Assembly (NCBI GenBank): GCA_030390025.1
Contig: CM059448.1
Coordinates: 6,386,001 to 6,450,000, forward strand
Length of the DNA: 64,000 bases
DNA from: Squalus acanthias
Lineage: Eukaryota
Direction of reading: 5' to 3'
This document shows, in pieces, positions 50,970-62,852 of this stretch (position 1 is the first letter of the stretch; each line of letters starts with the position of its first letter). A program made the translations under genes and the position numbers. The notes beneath the pieces are model-generated. The model saw only the letters and a program-made list of their open reading frames with translations, had not been told where the DNA came from and did no database searches.

Positions 50970-52526
50970 GTAAGTCTCTGATTTTATTTATTGAAATTTG
51001 TTAGTGGGCTTTACTAAATTGTGGGGAAAATCAACAACAATCACCCTTTTATTTTGATTTCTAGGGCAGCAGCTGATACTAACAATTAATGACTCCCTTC
51101 ATAAATTCTACTTGGGCAATGCAGAGAGAGATCCTGCCTCAACCAGTTTACTACCTCCCTCCCAAAGCAACTGACTGTATTTAGCCAATTCACCCCCTTA
51201 GGGGGTAACTAATGTCTGCCAGAACAAGAGTTTATACAAGAGTTCTTATTTGAGTCTAATGTTCACATGGATGTTCTTCCAATTTCTATTCAATGGAAAT
51301 CAACAGCTTGTATTGATTTGAATTTCATACTTCAATCTCAACTGGCTGTTGAGTTTAACCCAGATCAGCGATTGTACTGGGAAATGGTTTCACCCCCTCC
51401 CCATTTATAATCTGTTTTTACATCCAAGTGCACAAGATTATGTTTTGTTACTTTATACCTCCCACATTGCATGCCCATCCATCATGATCAGTAGCAGTCA
51501 TATGAAGGCAGTCAAATTATCCTGGCGCTCTCCTGGCTATTTTGTGAAGTTTATTTTGGGGTGGGGGGTGGGTTGGTTAATAGAAGGAGGTGGTGAGTGG
51601 AATTTGTATATATTGTATACACGCTAGTGACCATCTGCAGTTCATCTGTTGTTTTACATGTAATTTTTGTATGAGGGAGAGTATCATGAATGATATTTCA
51701 GGTCTTTGCCAATTTGTCATTGTTGTCTATTGGTTTCCTCTTCCTATTGACTCTCATTGTATATTTCAATGGTGGGAACAACCATTTAAAAGAAAAAGGG
51801 TCTTTACTGGTTAAAATTCAGCTTAAGAGAATGGTTTTTGAGCCAATAAAAATGTAACGGTTGACATAGTCATTTCATGAATGGGGACCAGTCAATCTTT
51901 ATCACCTAAAACGGTATCAAACTCGGAGGTTACTCTCCCGAATGAGCGTACTCATTAGCAGTCCCCAGAGCCTGAAGGCAGCTGGACAAGTAAACTCTTC
52001 CGTAGCATTGGAAAGTTAAACAAACTTTCAAACTATAGCTTATGCTGCTCATCTTGCTATATTAACTAATGTTCTCGACGTACTGTGTTTAAAAAAAAAA
52101 ATTAGTAGATGGCCTATCCAAGAAAACAAAATAATTTGTCAACAGAATGGGAGAGGCTGAAGCTGGCAGAGGGCATTATTTCACAGTAAAGATTATTTCT
52201 GTGACTTGAGTGGTATTTTTCTGTTACAGGCATAAAATAGCAGTCTGTAGTTATCGTATCCTCTCGCTGCTGGCATTGTTGCAAGCTTCCCTTTACCTCT
52301 TTGTACAATGGGTTCAAGGAAAATGGAAGCATGATATTATGGAAATCGCCTTATCTCCGTTACTGTTCTGTCACTTCATCTTGCCCTGTTGAATTTAGGG
52401 CCTGAATAGGGCATGATAGGGAGAGTGCATGAAATACATTTGATCAATTAAATTGGATATTCTAATGCAAAGCCATAATGAAATATAGCACTTAAATCTA
52501 ATGGATTGGAATGATTATATCTGCAG

Positions 52527-52615
52527 CGTGCCCTGTGCCTGTACCCACGTGCCCTGGTTCCGTTTCTGGTAGCTCTTGCAGCAGCTCTCCATCTTGTCAT
52601 TTTGCATCTCCTCCT
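52527..52615 (+). CDS. ULK2: ULK2 exon 12 ([30 protein letters not shown])
   Basis: ATCTGCAG| ... CCT|GTAAGT, 89 nt, frame consistent with both neighbours. Confidence 0.94.
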
Positions 52616-53122
52616 GTAAGTAGCCTATTTTATTGATAGATTATTCATTCCACATAGCATCTGACTAAAATTCTGCCATTGGTGTTAAATGATGAATTAA
52701 TCTGACCCTCACTAGTTTCATTAATTGCTAATCATTGGTAAGTGAATGATTTGAAACTGCTGTAAAGATTTCTTGCTTTCACATTTTATATTTAATTCTA
52801 GTTTAGCGAGGCTGATAACTCATTTCAGGTCAAAGAATACCCATTTAATAGAGAGATAATCAAGAAAAATTATTAACCTTGGGTTGCAGTTACAGATATT
52901 AAACCAGTCCGCAGAGTTGTAGCATGCTCTAATTTATTTGTAGAGAAATTAGCTTGATACTAATTTCATAGCCCACGTAACTCCAATTCTCACTCATTCC
53001 AATTTAATTTGTATTGCAGCTAAGTTTGCATTTTTTGTATCAAAGCTAGCTGTAGAATAAGCTTACACATATAACTACAGCTTATTTTATACATTTCTGT
53101 ACGCAACCTGATATCTGCTCTA

Positions 53123-53225
53123 ATATAAAAGAAAAACAGAAAATGCTGGAAATACTCAGCAGGGCAGGCAGCATCTGTGGAGAGAGAAACAGAGTTAACG
53201 TTTCAGATCAATGACCGTTTGTCAG
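53123..53225 (-). mobile_element. 103-bp Penelope family A pLTR insertion with 13-bp target-site duplication
   Basis: GATATCTGCTCTA at 53110-53122 and 53226-53238. The insert matches 1993-2094, with the core decayed to CUGACAA. Confidence 0.8.
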
Positions 53226-54452
53226 GATATCTGCTCTATTTTGTTGGTATTCTATTACGCCAAGCACACCCAAATTAGTCACACCATATGGGTGTACCAA
53301 AACAACCGTGTTCCTCTCTTTATTGGCAACTGGATTTGAAGCTTGGATACCAAAGTTGGAATGATGGCATTCTGTCTTGTATACCACCCATGCCGATTTA
53401 AATTATAGTCCAGTTATGTAATCTTCAACTTGTCCCTCTTATATATTTCATTGCCATTTGTCTTCATCTTTTTGACAATCTCCCAAGCTTAGAAGGTAAA
53501 AGGTCTGGTGTGTGGACTTGTCCATAACTGGGATTTCCCTGATGATGGTTTGTGACGAATATTTTCAGACTTGAGATGGAATTTTTTGCTTCTGTGCATT
53601 TTTTCCGTGGAGCAGATTTGCAGAAAAATAAACTTCACTGAAGTGAGACAAGCTCATGTTGGTCAGTAGCAATGCTCAAACTCCAACTCGAGACTTCTGG
53701 TTCATAGCTGCCTGAGCACCTTAGATCATCTTTAAGCGTGTAACCTTTTGTGTTTTGCTGTAGCCCCAAAAACATGGCCAGATAACTTGAAAATGGTAGG
53801 TGATCAACAATTTAGTTGCTATATCAACCCTATATCAAGTGGCTTGTTGAGTGTCCAGTAAATGACATTGTGACACCATCTTTTGTCATGGGATGTGTTG
53901 GCTTAGTGGCCAGCTAACCTTTTTCATTTAAAGTGAATTTTTCTATCTAAAGCTGGTGTGCTGTGTAGTCATAGGTTTTGTGTCACATGGTGCCCAACTC
54001 TTCAGAGCAGGCAGAGGCAGACTGTAGAGTTCAAGTATGATTGGGACCAAGTACTGCTTTTCTTCAAGGACATTGGCTTCCAAGGATACTTTAGGGGTTA
54101 GGTGTCTTGGTCTGTTTTTGGCACCCTTAACGTACCTTTACCTTTCGGAGACCATCCTAAATTCTGGTTATGATGCTGTGAATAGAGGAATTAATATATT
54201 GCAGAGAAAATGGACCAGTCTAATCTTGCCTTGTATTTTATGTGGTGAAATAAATATACAACTGCAATCCTCAAAGAGTAATTTTATTTTAAGCAACCCT
54301 ATATCTAAATCTGTTTTGTGTTCAAGAAGAAACCTTGCAGAATAGCTGCAATTTGTAATTTTATTAGTACAGCTCCATGATTATAAAGGCGAAGTCTAAC
54401 ACTACCTTCTGATATAGGTAGTATAATACAACTTTTTTTTCTCTTTTTTCAG

Positions 54453-54624
54453 TCCTTGCCAGACATGCAACGCATACAGGAGGACACTCTGTCTTCCCCG
54501 CCTTTGGGTCCGCCTAACTATCTGCAGGTTTCCAAAGACTCTGCCAGCAGTGGCAGTAAGAACTCTTCATGTGACACAGATGACTTTGTTCTAGTTCCAC
54601 ATAGCATCTTTTCCGATCAGTCAT
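54453..54624 (+). CDS. ULK2: ULK2 exon 13 ([57 protein letters not shown]), contains LIR motif DDFVLV
   Basis: Strong pyrimidine tract-CAG| ... TCAT|GTAAGC, 172 nt. Sequence is ULK2-diagnostic. Confidence 0.96.
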
Positions 54625-54777
54625 GTAAGCAACTGCTCTTTGCTTTTGATGGTTTTGTTTCACTCATCTCAAACATTCACACTTGTCAATGCAACTATCT
54701 AAACAGGAAAGAAAAACTGAGGATTCCTGAACAGCTTGACTGCATTGCTGCAACATAGGCTATTTGGGCGTGCCTAC

Positions 54778-55223
54778 TAGAAACATAGAAACTAGGAGCA
54801 GGAGTAGGCCATTCGGCCCGTCGAGCCTGCTCCACCATTCAATACGATCATGGCTGATCATCCAAATCCAGTACCCTGTCCCTGCTTTCTCACACAGAAT
54901 CCCCATCGAGCCTACACCGACACATATCCCACCCTATCCCCGTAACCCCACGTATTTAATTCCCCCTAACATATCCCATCCTATCCCTGTAACCCCACAT
55001 ATTTAATCCCCCCCTAACACTAAGGGTCAATTTATCATAGCCAAATCAACCTAACCCGCACATTTTTGGACTGTGGGAGGAAACCGGAGCACCCGGAGGA
55101 AACCCACGCAGACACGGGGAGAATGTGCAAACTCCACACAGACAGTCACCCGAGGCTAGATTCGAACCCGGGTCTCAGGCGCTGTGAGGCACCAGTGCTA
55201 ACCACTATGCCACCGTGTTGCCC
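54778..55223 (-). mobile_element. V-SINE (HE1-like), young
   Basis: Near-identical to 47871-48340 except for an internal deletion in the first tail. Confidence 0.9.
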
Positions 55224-56544
55224 GTGTTACTGATTTGTAAAAGTTAGGCTTTTGTCAGCTTTCCCCCAGCTCCTTTTACGCATTGCATTTCTTCGGAGTT
55301 TGGGGTTAAAGCATGTTGCTGTGTAGAGTAAAGGTGCTTTATTCTATATGATTGGGGGTGCCCAAAATAGAGAAGTGTTTTAATCCCCAGCAATCAAATA
55401 ATTTGCCTCAATTAGCACAAAAAAGTTTGCCAGAAATATAAATACTTTGAAAATGAAGTGAAATCATACTTGTATTCAGTTTCCTGCATAGATTTTTTTT
55501 TTCTGCCCCCCTCCAAATTTTCCATGCCTCATATTCAAGGCCACTGATTTATTGTGAATGGATAAATCAAATTCCCTTATTTTTGCATAGGATTCCAGGA
55601 TTTTTACCAGCTTTTTAGGGATTGCATACCACGATTCTCTCCATTTACAATTGGGGTAATTGGCTTAAAGAGACTGAAATAAACCAAATTCTGTTTTTAT
55701 TGCATAGGTTTCTGGGAAATTTAAAGGTATTTTTAGGATTGAATTCCACAATTCCATTCATTTTTAAACGAAAACTGTAAGTTGGTGTCCTTGATCATGG
55801 TGCTATGTGGTAAACACTAACGTTATAGAGCCTTGCAACTTCAAACACTCCTTCACAACAAAGCAAAGCATTTATAATGAATGGCAAATGGGTGTTTACA
55901 TTGTGTCACGATGATTTACCCAGATTAGCTTGTTCATACTTAATTGTGTGACTTGCAACTACTTAATGGCTTGGTACTATTGTGTGCAGCTAAATTGTAG
56001 TAATGCTGTAGGCTTCCGTGGTACTAGGTTCCAATATTTCTCATCAGCGTTTTCACAAATCACTAATAAGGCTGGTTGCTCCAGTTTCTTCTGGTTTCAG
56101 AAGGTCCAAAATTTACACTTTTGTTAAGCCTAGGTTACATGGTTATGGCACAGTAGATATTAGCTGTTTTTATGTTGGGTTTAGTGCAGCGTTACTGGCT
56201 CTGACTACCAACATGCAGGTGTCCAAAGATGGTGGTGGCAACCCTAGAGTAAACTTGTTGAATTTGCTAAGACCTGCTGCCGGGAAGACCTGGTAAAAAT
56301 GCATTTTCACCGTGATCAACCTTAACGAATCCAGGAAGTTTACTGTGGTTTCTGTTGGATTTGCAAGACCTGCAATTTGGAACCCGGTAGCCCTAAAATG
56401 CCACTAATCACAATATGAAAGCAACCACTGACTCTAGAGTTCTAGGGATTGATGCAAACATTCAGACATGTTCTCCACTTGGCCATTTGTGGATTATCCA
56501 CAAAGACTACTAAGTCAGACAGTTATTTTTTAATTTTAAGGAAG

Positions 56545-56985
56545 AAAGCACTTGCATTTTTACAGTGCCTTCAGGATCTCAGGAGTCCCAAAGTGCTTCA
56601 TAGCCATTGAAGTACTTTTGAAGTGTAGTCACTGTTGTAATGTAGGCAAACACGGCACCCAATTTGCACACGCGATCTCACACACAGCAATGAGATAAAT
56701 AAGCAGATAACCTGTTTTAGTGATGCTGGCTGAGGGATAAATGTTGGCCAGGTTAGTGGGAGAACTCCCCTGCTCCTCTTCAAATAGTGCCATGGGATCT
56801 TTTATGTGCACCTGAGAGGCAGATGGGTCCTCGGTTTAATATCCCATCCAAAAGACGGCACCTCCAGCAGTGCAGCACTCACTCCCATAGTACTGCAGTG
56901 GATTGTCAGCCTAGATCATGTACTTAAGTCTCTGGAGTTGGCCATCAAACCATAAAAGAGGCGAGAGTGCGACCATTGAGCCAAG
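56545..56985 (-). mobile_element. DeuSINE (SacSINE1-like), near full length
   Basis: Minus head CTTGGCTCAATGGTCGCACTCTCGCC, central TCAGGTGCACATAAAAGATCCCATGGCACTATTTGAAGAGGAGCAGGGGAGTTCT, tail ..GGCACTGTAAAAATGCAAG. Confidence 0.8.
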
Positions 56986-57376
56986 TTTAATGCCTAAAGG
57001 GCAGCTGGTGCTGAAACTGCAACAGGCTGAATTGGCCCAAATTGGGTCTTTTTGAATGAGCCGGAAATGGATCAGTTGAAGAGCTACTTTGGGTTTGAAA
57101 CTTGATTTGCTACTTGTTCCTAATTAATTATACTCAAATAATATATCGCCAAACGTTGTTCTGTTGTAACCATGTAAAATAAATACAGGATCAGAAGATT
57201 TTTTGTTTACAAATTGTGTAGTCTTTTTTAAAAATCCAACTCCTTTTTAGAAGTTATCGCACCCAGCAACACATTTAAATACTTAGCTATCTTTAACCAT
57301 TGTGTTCTCCTTGGAAAGAATTTTGGTGTTTCCAACAAAGTTTATGCTTCTAAGTCTGTTCTGAAACTTCATACAG

Positions 57377-57437
57377 ATGACATGCCATTGGGGACGGTTG
57401 GCAGACGAGCTTCCAGTGAATTTTTGATGTGTGGAGG
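57377..57437 (+). CDS. ULK2: ULK2 exon 14 (YDMPLGTVGRRASSEFLMCGG)
   Basis: TTCATACAG| ... GAGG|GTACGT, 61 nt, phase 1-2. Matches recalled ULK2 [20 protein letters not shown]. Confidence 0.93.
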
Positions 57438-59120
57438 GTACGTATGAGTCAACTAAAATTCTATAGTTTGTGATTGTTGAATAGTGATGGAGGAATGACC
57501 TTGGAGTCGTGCTACGTCCATTAGAAAACATGACGTGAACAAGATGCACATAGATACTGTTTGTTTATAAACTGCTGGTAAAGCCAGTTGCAGTGGAGTA
57601 AGTTAGTTACTTGGACAGTGATTTTAGGATTGGAGGGGACACGAGTTCAAAATTCAAAATGCTTGAGCAAGGCTGTAAACTAGAATTTGTCCCCTCCCCA
57701 CCCCCAGGATAGTAGAAATGTGAACCCCGAGAGAAGGTTGCTGATTCGGGCTCACCTTTAAAAGGAGCCGGATCAACATCACTTGAGAATTGAGGGTTAA
57801 TAGCATGTTTCATTTTTCTTTTTCCAGAGGAGATAGGAGAAGGAACTTGAGTGTAGAAATTACTTTGGACCATAATAACAAATGAATCATTAATACTTTT
57901 GTATGACCTTTCCCTCTTTGGTGTTTTAACAGAAGTGTTAGCCCATTTACAATACATGGTTTAACCTTTTCAATAAAAACCATACAAAGGAATGCAATAC
58001 AAATACTTTGTCCACTAACATTTCCAACAGTCGTTTCTCGGCTTTTGTGCTCCTTTTAGAGGATCAGCTGTGTGGTTGGTGGGTGGGGGGCTGGGGGAAT
58101 TGGAGTTCATTAAAGAATATATGGACCTATGGGTGGGGTGGGCCAATGGCCTTTTTCACTTTGGACTTTATATTATGTTCTTATCCAATGCCCAATCTCA
58201 ACTTGAATCTATATCTGAACGAATGTTGTCTGTATAAGACCGCTTGAATGCCATTCCATGGAATACTTGCTATATAGATACTTGATTATTATTGAGTATC
58301 TTGAAAAACAGCATAATTGATTAGACAATTATTCACTTGATAAAATGTGATGCTGGGGATCGTCAGACACACACAACTGTCAGTTTAGCCTCATTTCAAT
58401 CTGTTTGTCTTCCTGGTTTCTGGGTGGGATGCATTCCTTTACCAGGCTATGCAACCGTAGAAGATGAAAAATGAACATAGTGCATCTTGCTCTGTAACAA
58501 ACACAGCTCCTTGTTGCTTTGCATTGTGTTTGTATGTGTGAACAGTGTTGGTGATGTCTAGACATATTCATTCACTCGAGTAAAACAATCTTGTTGAAGT
58601 ACGAACTCTTGCAAATATTAGATTGCAGCATTACATCTCCGCACAATAAATATTCACAACTTTTTTCTATTCAGTCAGTTTAAAAGTTCTTTCTAATCTT
58701 TTAATAATTTTAAGTATCAATGACTGAATAATAAATTATGCTTTTGTTTTACTAAATATATTTGTGATAGTTTTTACTGCTGAGATGTAAATAACAATCC
58801 AAGCAATGGAGATTAACAAAAAAGAGAGCCGCATTAGCTGTACCAAAAATTCAAGCTTTTATTGACTGTCAACTTTGCTCATGTGAAAGATCTGTGACTC
58901 GGTGGTAAAATAAAAATTAATATTACTCTTAACAGTGTATTCTTAAGGAAGTCCTGAGAAAAGGTTCATGGCAAATGTTTGCTTTTAGCTAGCCAGGGGG
59001 AGGCTGTGTTGAGGTATGAGCCTTGAGGCTGAAATATTAAAGTTCACGGGGGCAAATATTAGATTCAAAATAGAAAAGTAAATCAGCATCTTCGATTTTC
59101 TTTCTCCACAAACTTATTAG

Positions 59121-59213
59121 GCAGTCACCTTTAACCTCTTCAGGGGGCTCAGCAGCTCTGCAGAGACCTTCCTCAGCTTCATCCAGGTCAAGCTCTTCTA
59201 GCTCGGCCAACAG
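59121..59213 (+). CDS. ULK2: Candidate additional ULK2 exon (QSPLTSSGGSAALQRPSSASSRSSSSSAN), Ser-rich, symmetric phase 2-2
   Basis: TTTTCTTTCTCCACAAACTTATTAG| ... AACAG|GTAGGA. 93 nt, open in the frame left by exon 14, GC-richer than its flanks. Confidence 0.65.
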
Positions 59214-59509
59214 GTAGGACCTTCATGTAGAGTTTATAAAGGAATAAACATCCAGGGGTAGAGTTTCCGCTTTGGGCGCAATCGGGAAATTCCAGCCAAA
59301 ATGCGCTTCAGGTTTCCGCTAAAATTCATTTGCATAATTACAAATCTAAAATCTTCCATGAACCATCGCAATCGGGCAGCGTAATAGAACATAATTGTTT
59401 CTATTTTCCCATTAAAAAGTATTCTTTGTATTTAAGAGTGGTAACCTGGTGCAGTTTTATTAATACAGCTGACAATGTATTTATCACCAATAATAAGCAT
59501 TGTTAATAA

Positions 59510-59694
59510 TGTGGAGATGCCGGCGTTGGACTGGGGTGGACAAAAATGAGAAGTCGCACAACACCAGGTTATAGTCCAACAGATTTATTTAATTTTACAA
59601 GCTTTCGGAGCTGTTCGCTCCTTCCTCAGGTAGGTTAGCAGTGAGAGAATCTCCCAGAATTCACAATTTAAACACAGACAAAATCTATTCAAAT
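59510..59694 (-). mobile_element. Penelope family B pLTR insertion with 12-bp target-site duplication, nested in the Harbinger-like element
   Basis: CATTGTTAATAA at 59498-59509 and 59695-59706. Homologous to 23766-23834. Confidence 0.72.
59596..59632 (-). ncRNA. Minimal type I hammerhead ribozyme motif (PLE family B)
   Basis: Minus strand UAC-CUGAGGA-a-GGAGC-gaaca-GCUCC-GAAAG-CUU-GUA: intact core, 5-bp stem II, palindromic AAGCUU, 3-bp stem I. Confidence 0.7.
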
Positions 59695-61589
59695 CATTGT
59701 TAATAAGGGTGTCCAGTCTTCCGCCTGTGAGTAACCTGATTTTAAAATAATCAAAAATGACTTTAAAAAAAAAAACCATAGTGAAACATTTAATAGTTTC
59801 ATTGGTGTGCACTAGTCAGTTTCTGAATAAATTAAATATTTTTTGATATGAAAAACTTTTAAAACTAGCACAATTTGAAGAGCCTTCCCGAACCAGCACA
59901 GTCGGCGGAATCTCTCAATTTTGACCTGGGGGCGTGGCCCGTTTTTTGTGGCTGGGGCCTAAATCAGGCGAATTGAATGTTGAACCAGCATAAAACATCG
60001 TGCAAGTGCTTTTGGGCATAACTCACTTACGTTTTCAAGTCCCCAATCTTTTGCGCTGGTTCTGCCGATTTGGCCCACATTGCGCTCGAATCTGGATGCA
60101 AAACTAGTGGAAACAAGCGGAACCCGCCCCCAGTGTTTAATTATCTGTTAGAGAGACACATTGAAGTCATCTGAAACTAGATTGAAGAAACCGAATGAAG
60201 TTTACAACTTTTTACCATTGAGGCACGAGTATTAATAACTGAAAGAGTTGTGATGGATTATAATTTAAAATTTTGGGTAACTATTAGTTTTTCAGATCAG
60301 CACACTTGAGATTTTTGACTAGCAATAGCAATTTTTGTGATGGTAATTAACGCATTTTAGGGAACTTTCAACGTAAGAGCCTATGTTTACAACATCCTAT
60401 GGAAAGCAACAAAATTCTTTTTTTGTTAAGTGGAGCATGATGAATTTTCATTGTACAGCGTCGAAAGTAACACCATAACCTCCGTCATGTGGCATCACTA
60501 AATCAAAACTACTGTTGTTGAAAATCACCTGCATTTATCAAGTTTACTAACTGCCATGTAATATATAAGTACTAACAAGCTAATGGTGGGTTGGTGCAAT
60601 GTAATGCACTGACCAACCTTCAATATTTATTAGACCTTTTAGCACAGTATTTTATACCATAACAGAGTCATTTTATGAATCATTTTCATGTCATGGACAT
60701 TCTCAGATTCTACCTACAGGAGCAATCCTTTTGAACATTATTAGTTTTTTTTTAAAGAAAATGAACGTATAAATATCCTAAATCCACTCCGCATATCTAA
60801 GCATCAATTATCATTCACTGTTTCCTCCTGCAGTGGAACAAAACCACAGAGAAATCTGTTGCACCAGTAAAACCTATTTTCTTTTAATCCAGTTTGCCTA
60901 ATGCATTGTCAAACTAATGTATGGTATAAATAAGCATGTTACAAAAACCAGGGGAATATGTTTATAATCCCTCCTGTGGTGCTGACCAGATCTTGCTGCT
61001 GATTTCATTGTGGCTTATCTAGTCAGCCAACTTGTGGGGCACAAATAATACTCCATGGGACTTCATATTGTGTTTTCTATGCAATTGTGGGGAGTTTTTT
61101 GGACGGTAGGTGGCATTTCTACTGAACTAAATGTTCTTGGGTTTTGTACACTTCTTAAATTCTACTTCTAGCATTAGGAATTTCAAGAGAAACCTTCAGT
61201 CCTTCAAAGCTTCAGATTTATGTTGTGTTGCATCCATCTGTGGATAGCTTCTACCTTCATAAATCCAAAACCTTTGGTGGATTTGTACCAAATCCAGAGT
61301 AAAAACCATATCAATCTATCATTTAAAAATTGGTTCACTTATCTTTAAAGCAAGATGAGTTCTCTTATACTGGCTTTGGTGCCATCTTTAGTGCTTCAGA
61401 AATCTTTGCACTCATTTCAGTATTATCTCATCATCATCATCCAGTGATTGCTTTATAAATCCAACATTAATATCACTTTCTCCACTACAGTGGTTCTTAA
61501 ATGCTTTTTTTGTAGCTTGAGTAATTTGTGTCAGACATGCACCAAAATAATCAGCTCTCATGTCACAACAAAATTGCTGGAAGAACGAA

Positions 61590-62030
61590 GCTGAATTTAT
61601 ATAGCAATTGATCATGTACTCAGGATGTCCCAGAGCGCGTCACAGCCAGTGAATGACCTTTGAAGTGAAGTCACTGTTGTGTAAGCAAACACAGCTGCCA
61701 CTTCCTCTGCAGTGAGTTGTCACAAATGGCAAATGAGGTGAATAAACCTGTTGATCTGTTTATGATGGTGTTGGTTACAGTTGGCCAGGGCACCAGGAGA
61801 ACTCACTGCTCTTGAAATAGTGCAATAGAATCTTTCACCTTTACCTGAATAGAGACACAGGGCTTTGCGTTAACGTGTCATCTAAAAGATGGCATCTCTG
61901 ACGAGCAACACTTGGTCAGTGCTGCACTGAAGTGTCAGACTAAGCTTTGTGAACATGCCCTGGAGTGCCGCTCAAACCTATCACCTTGTGATTGCGGGGC
62001 AATAGTGCTACCAACTGAACCAAGCTGATA
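61590..62030 (-). mobile_element. DeuSINE (SacSINE1-like), degenerate
   Basis: Collinear with 56545-56985 and 8715-9105. Head TCAGCTTGGTTCAGTTGGTAGCAC. Confidence 0.75.
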
Positions 62031-62499
62031 TTTAATACTACCCTATTTGACCCTTCAACTTCAACCATACTTGAACAGGCAACATTTTTTTTTATTAAAG
62101 TGAGACGTTGGCAATTCTCTGGCAAAAGCATCCTGCTCCTTTGTTTGGCCTGTCAGGAGTTGCATTTGAGTGGTGCGGGAAGGTTTCCCACCTCAAACTA
62201 AGGTAGGTTTCCTTTGTTCATGAAGACCAAGATGAGACTTGAAATTTGCTTTCTGGAGGAAGTTGGTGTAAATATTCCGACTGGGATTTAAATTCCAGCT
62301 GCGGAGTCGTGTGGATCGTTGTATTGTTGCTATTGGCCTGCCTCAAACATGTCGGTTTCAGCCTAGTAGAATAACTGGCTCAACAGCAAGTATCTGAAGT
62401 GCAGAAAATTTCCTGGAGAGATTAACAAATGTGCCGAGACTCAGTTTTTACTTATCACTTTAATTCCATCAAATTAATGCAAATTAGTTATACTTTAAC

Positions 62500-62852
62500 T
62501 GCCTTAATGGCTCAATGGTTAAATGCACCACCCGGTGTGGTACTGAGTCCTACATATCAGAAAGGTCCCAGGTTTAATCCTTGGTCTGAACTTTGCTGAT
62601 ATCTAGGACATCCATAGAGCACTATAACTCAGCCAAAGGTTGCCAGTACCATTGTTCATTGTCCTTCAAAGGAAAGTGCACGCGTGTGGATGTTGCAATC
62701 AATTATTGTGCCTCCCACAGTCAGTACCCTGCCTGTACTTGATGTCTATGCTCACTTGAGAAGAATGGTCTATTAATAGAGTCACTAAAGGTCCACCAGT
62801 GCCCATGGAACTCTACTGCAGACGAGGTTGGGGTGGAGCAGAGAAAAAAAAA
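62500..62852 (+). mobile_element. LF-SINE-like element
   Basis: GCCTTAATGGCTCAATGGTTAAATGCA..GGTGTGGTACTGAG..AGAAAGGTCCCAGGTTTAATCCTTGGTCTG head, then GGAAAGTGCACGCGTGTGGATGT, GAAGAATGG and CCCATGGAAC blocks. Confidence 0.68.

Larger units (their letters stand above)
59255..60130. mobile_element. Non-autonomous PIF/Harbinger-like DNA element
   Basis: Imperfect TIRs GGGGTAGAGTTTCCGCTT / AAGCGGAACCCGCCCC, CCAG at both boundaries, palindromic flanks AAACAT..GTGTTT, CpG-rich subtermini. Confidence 0.55.
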
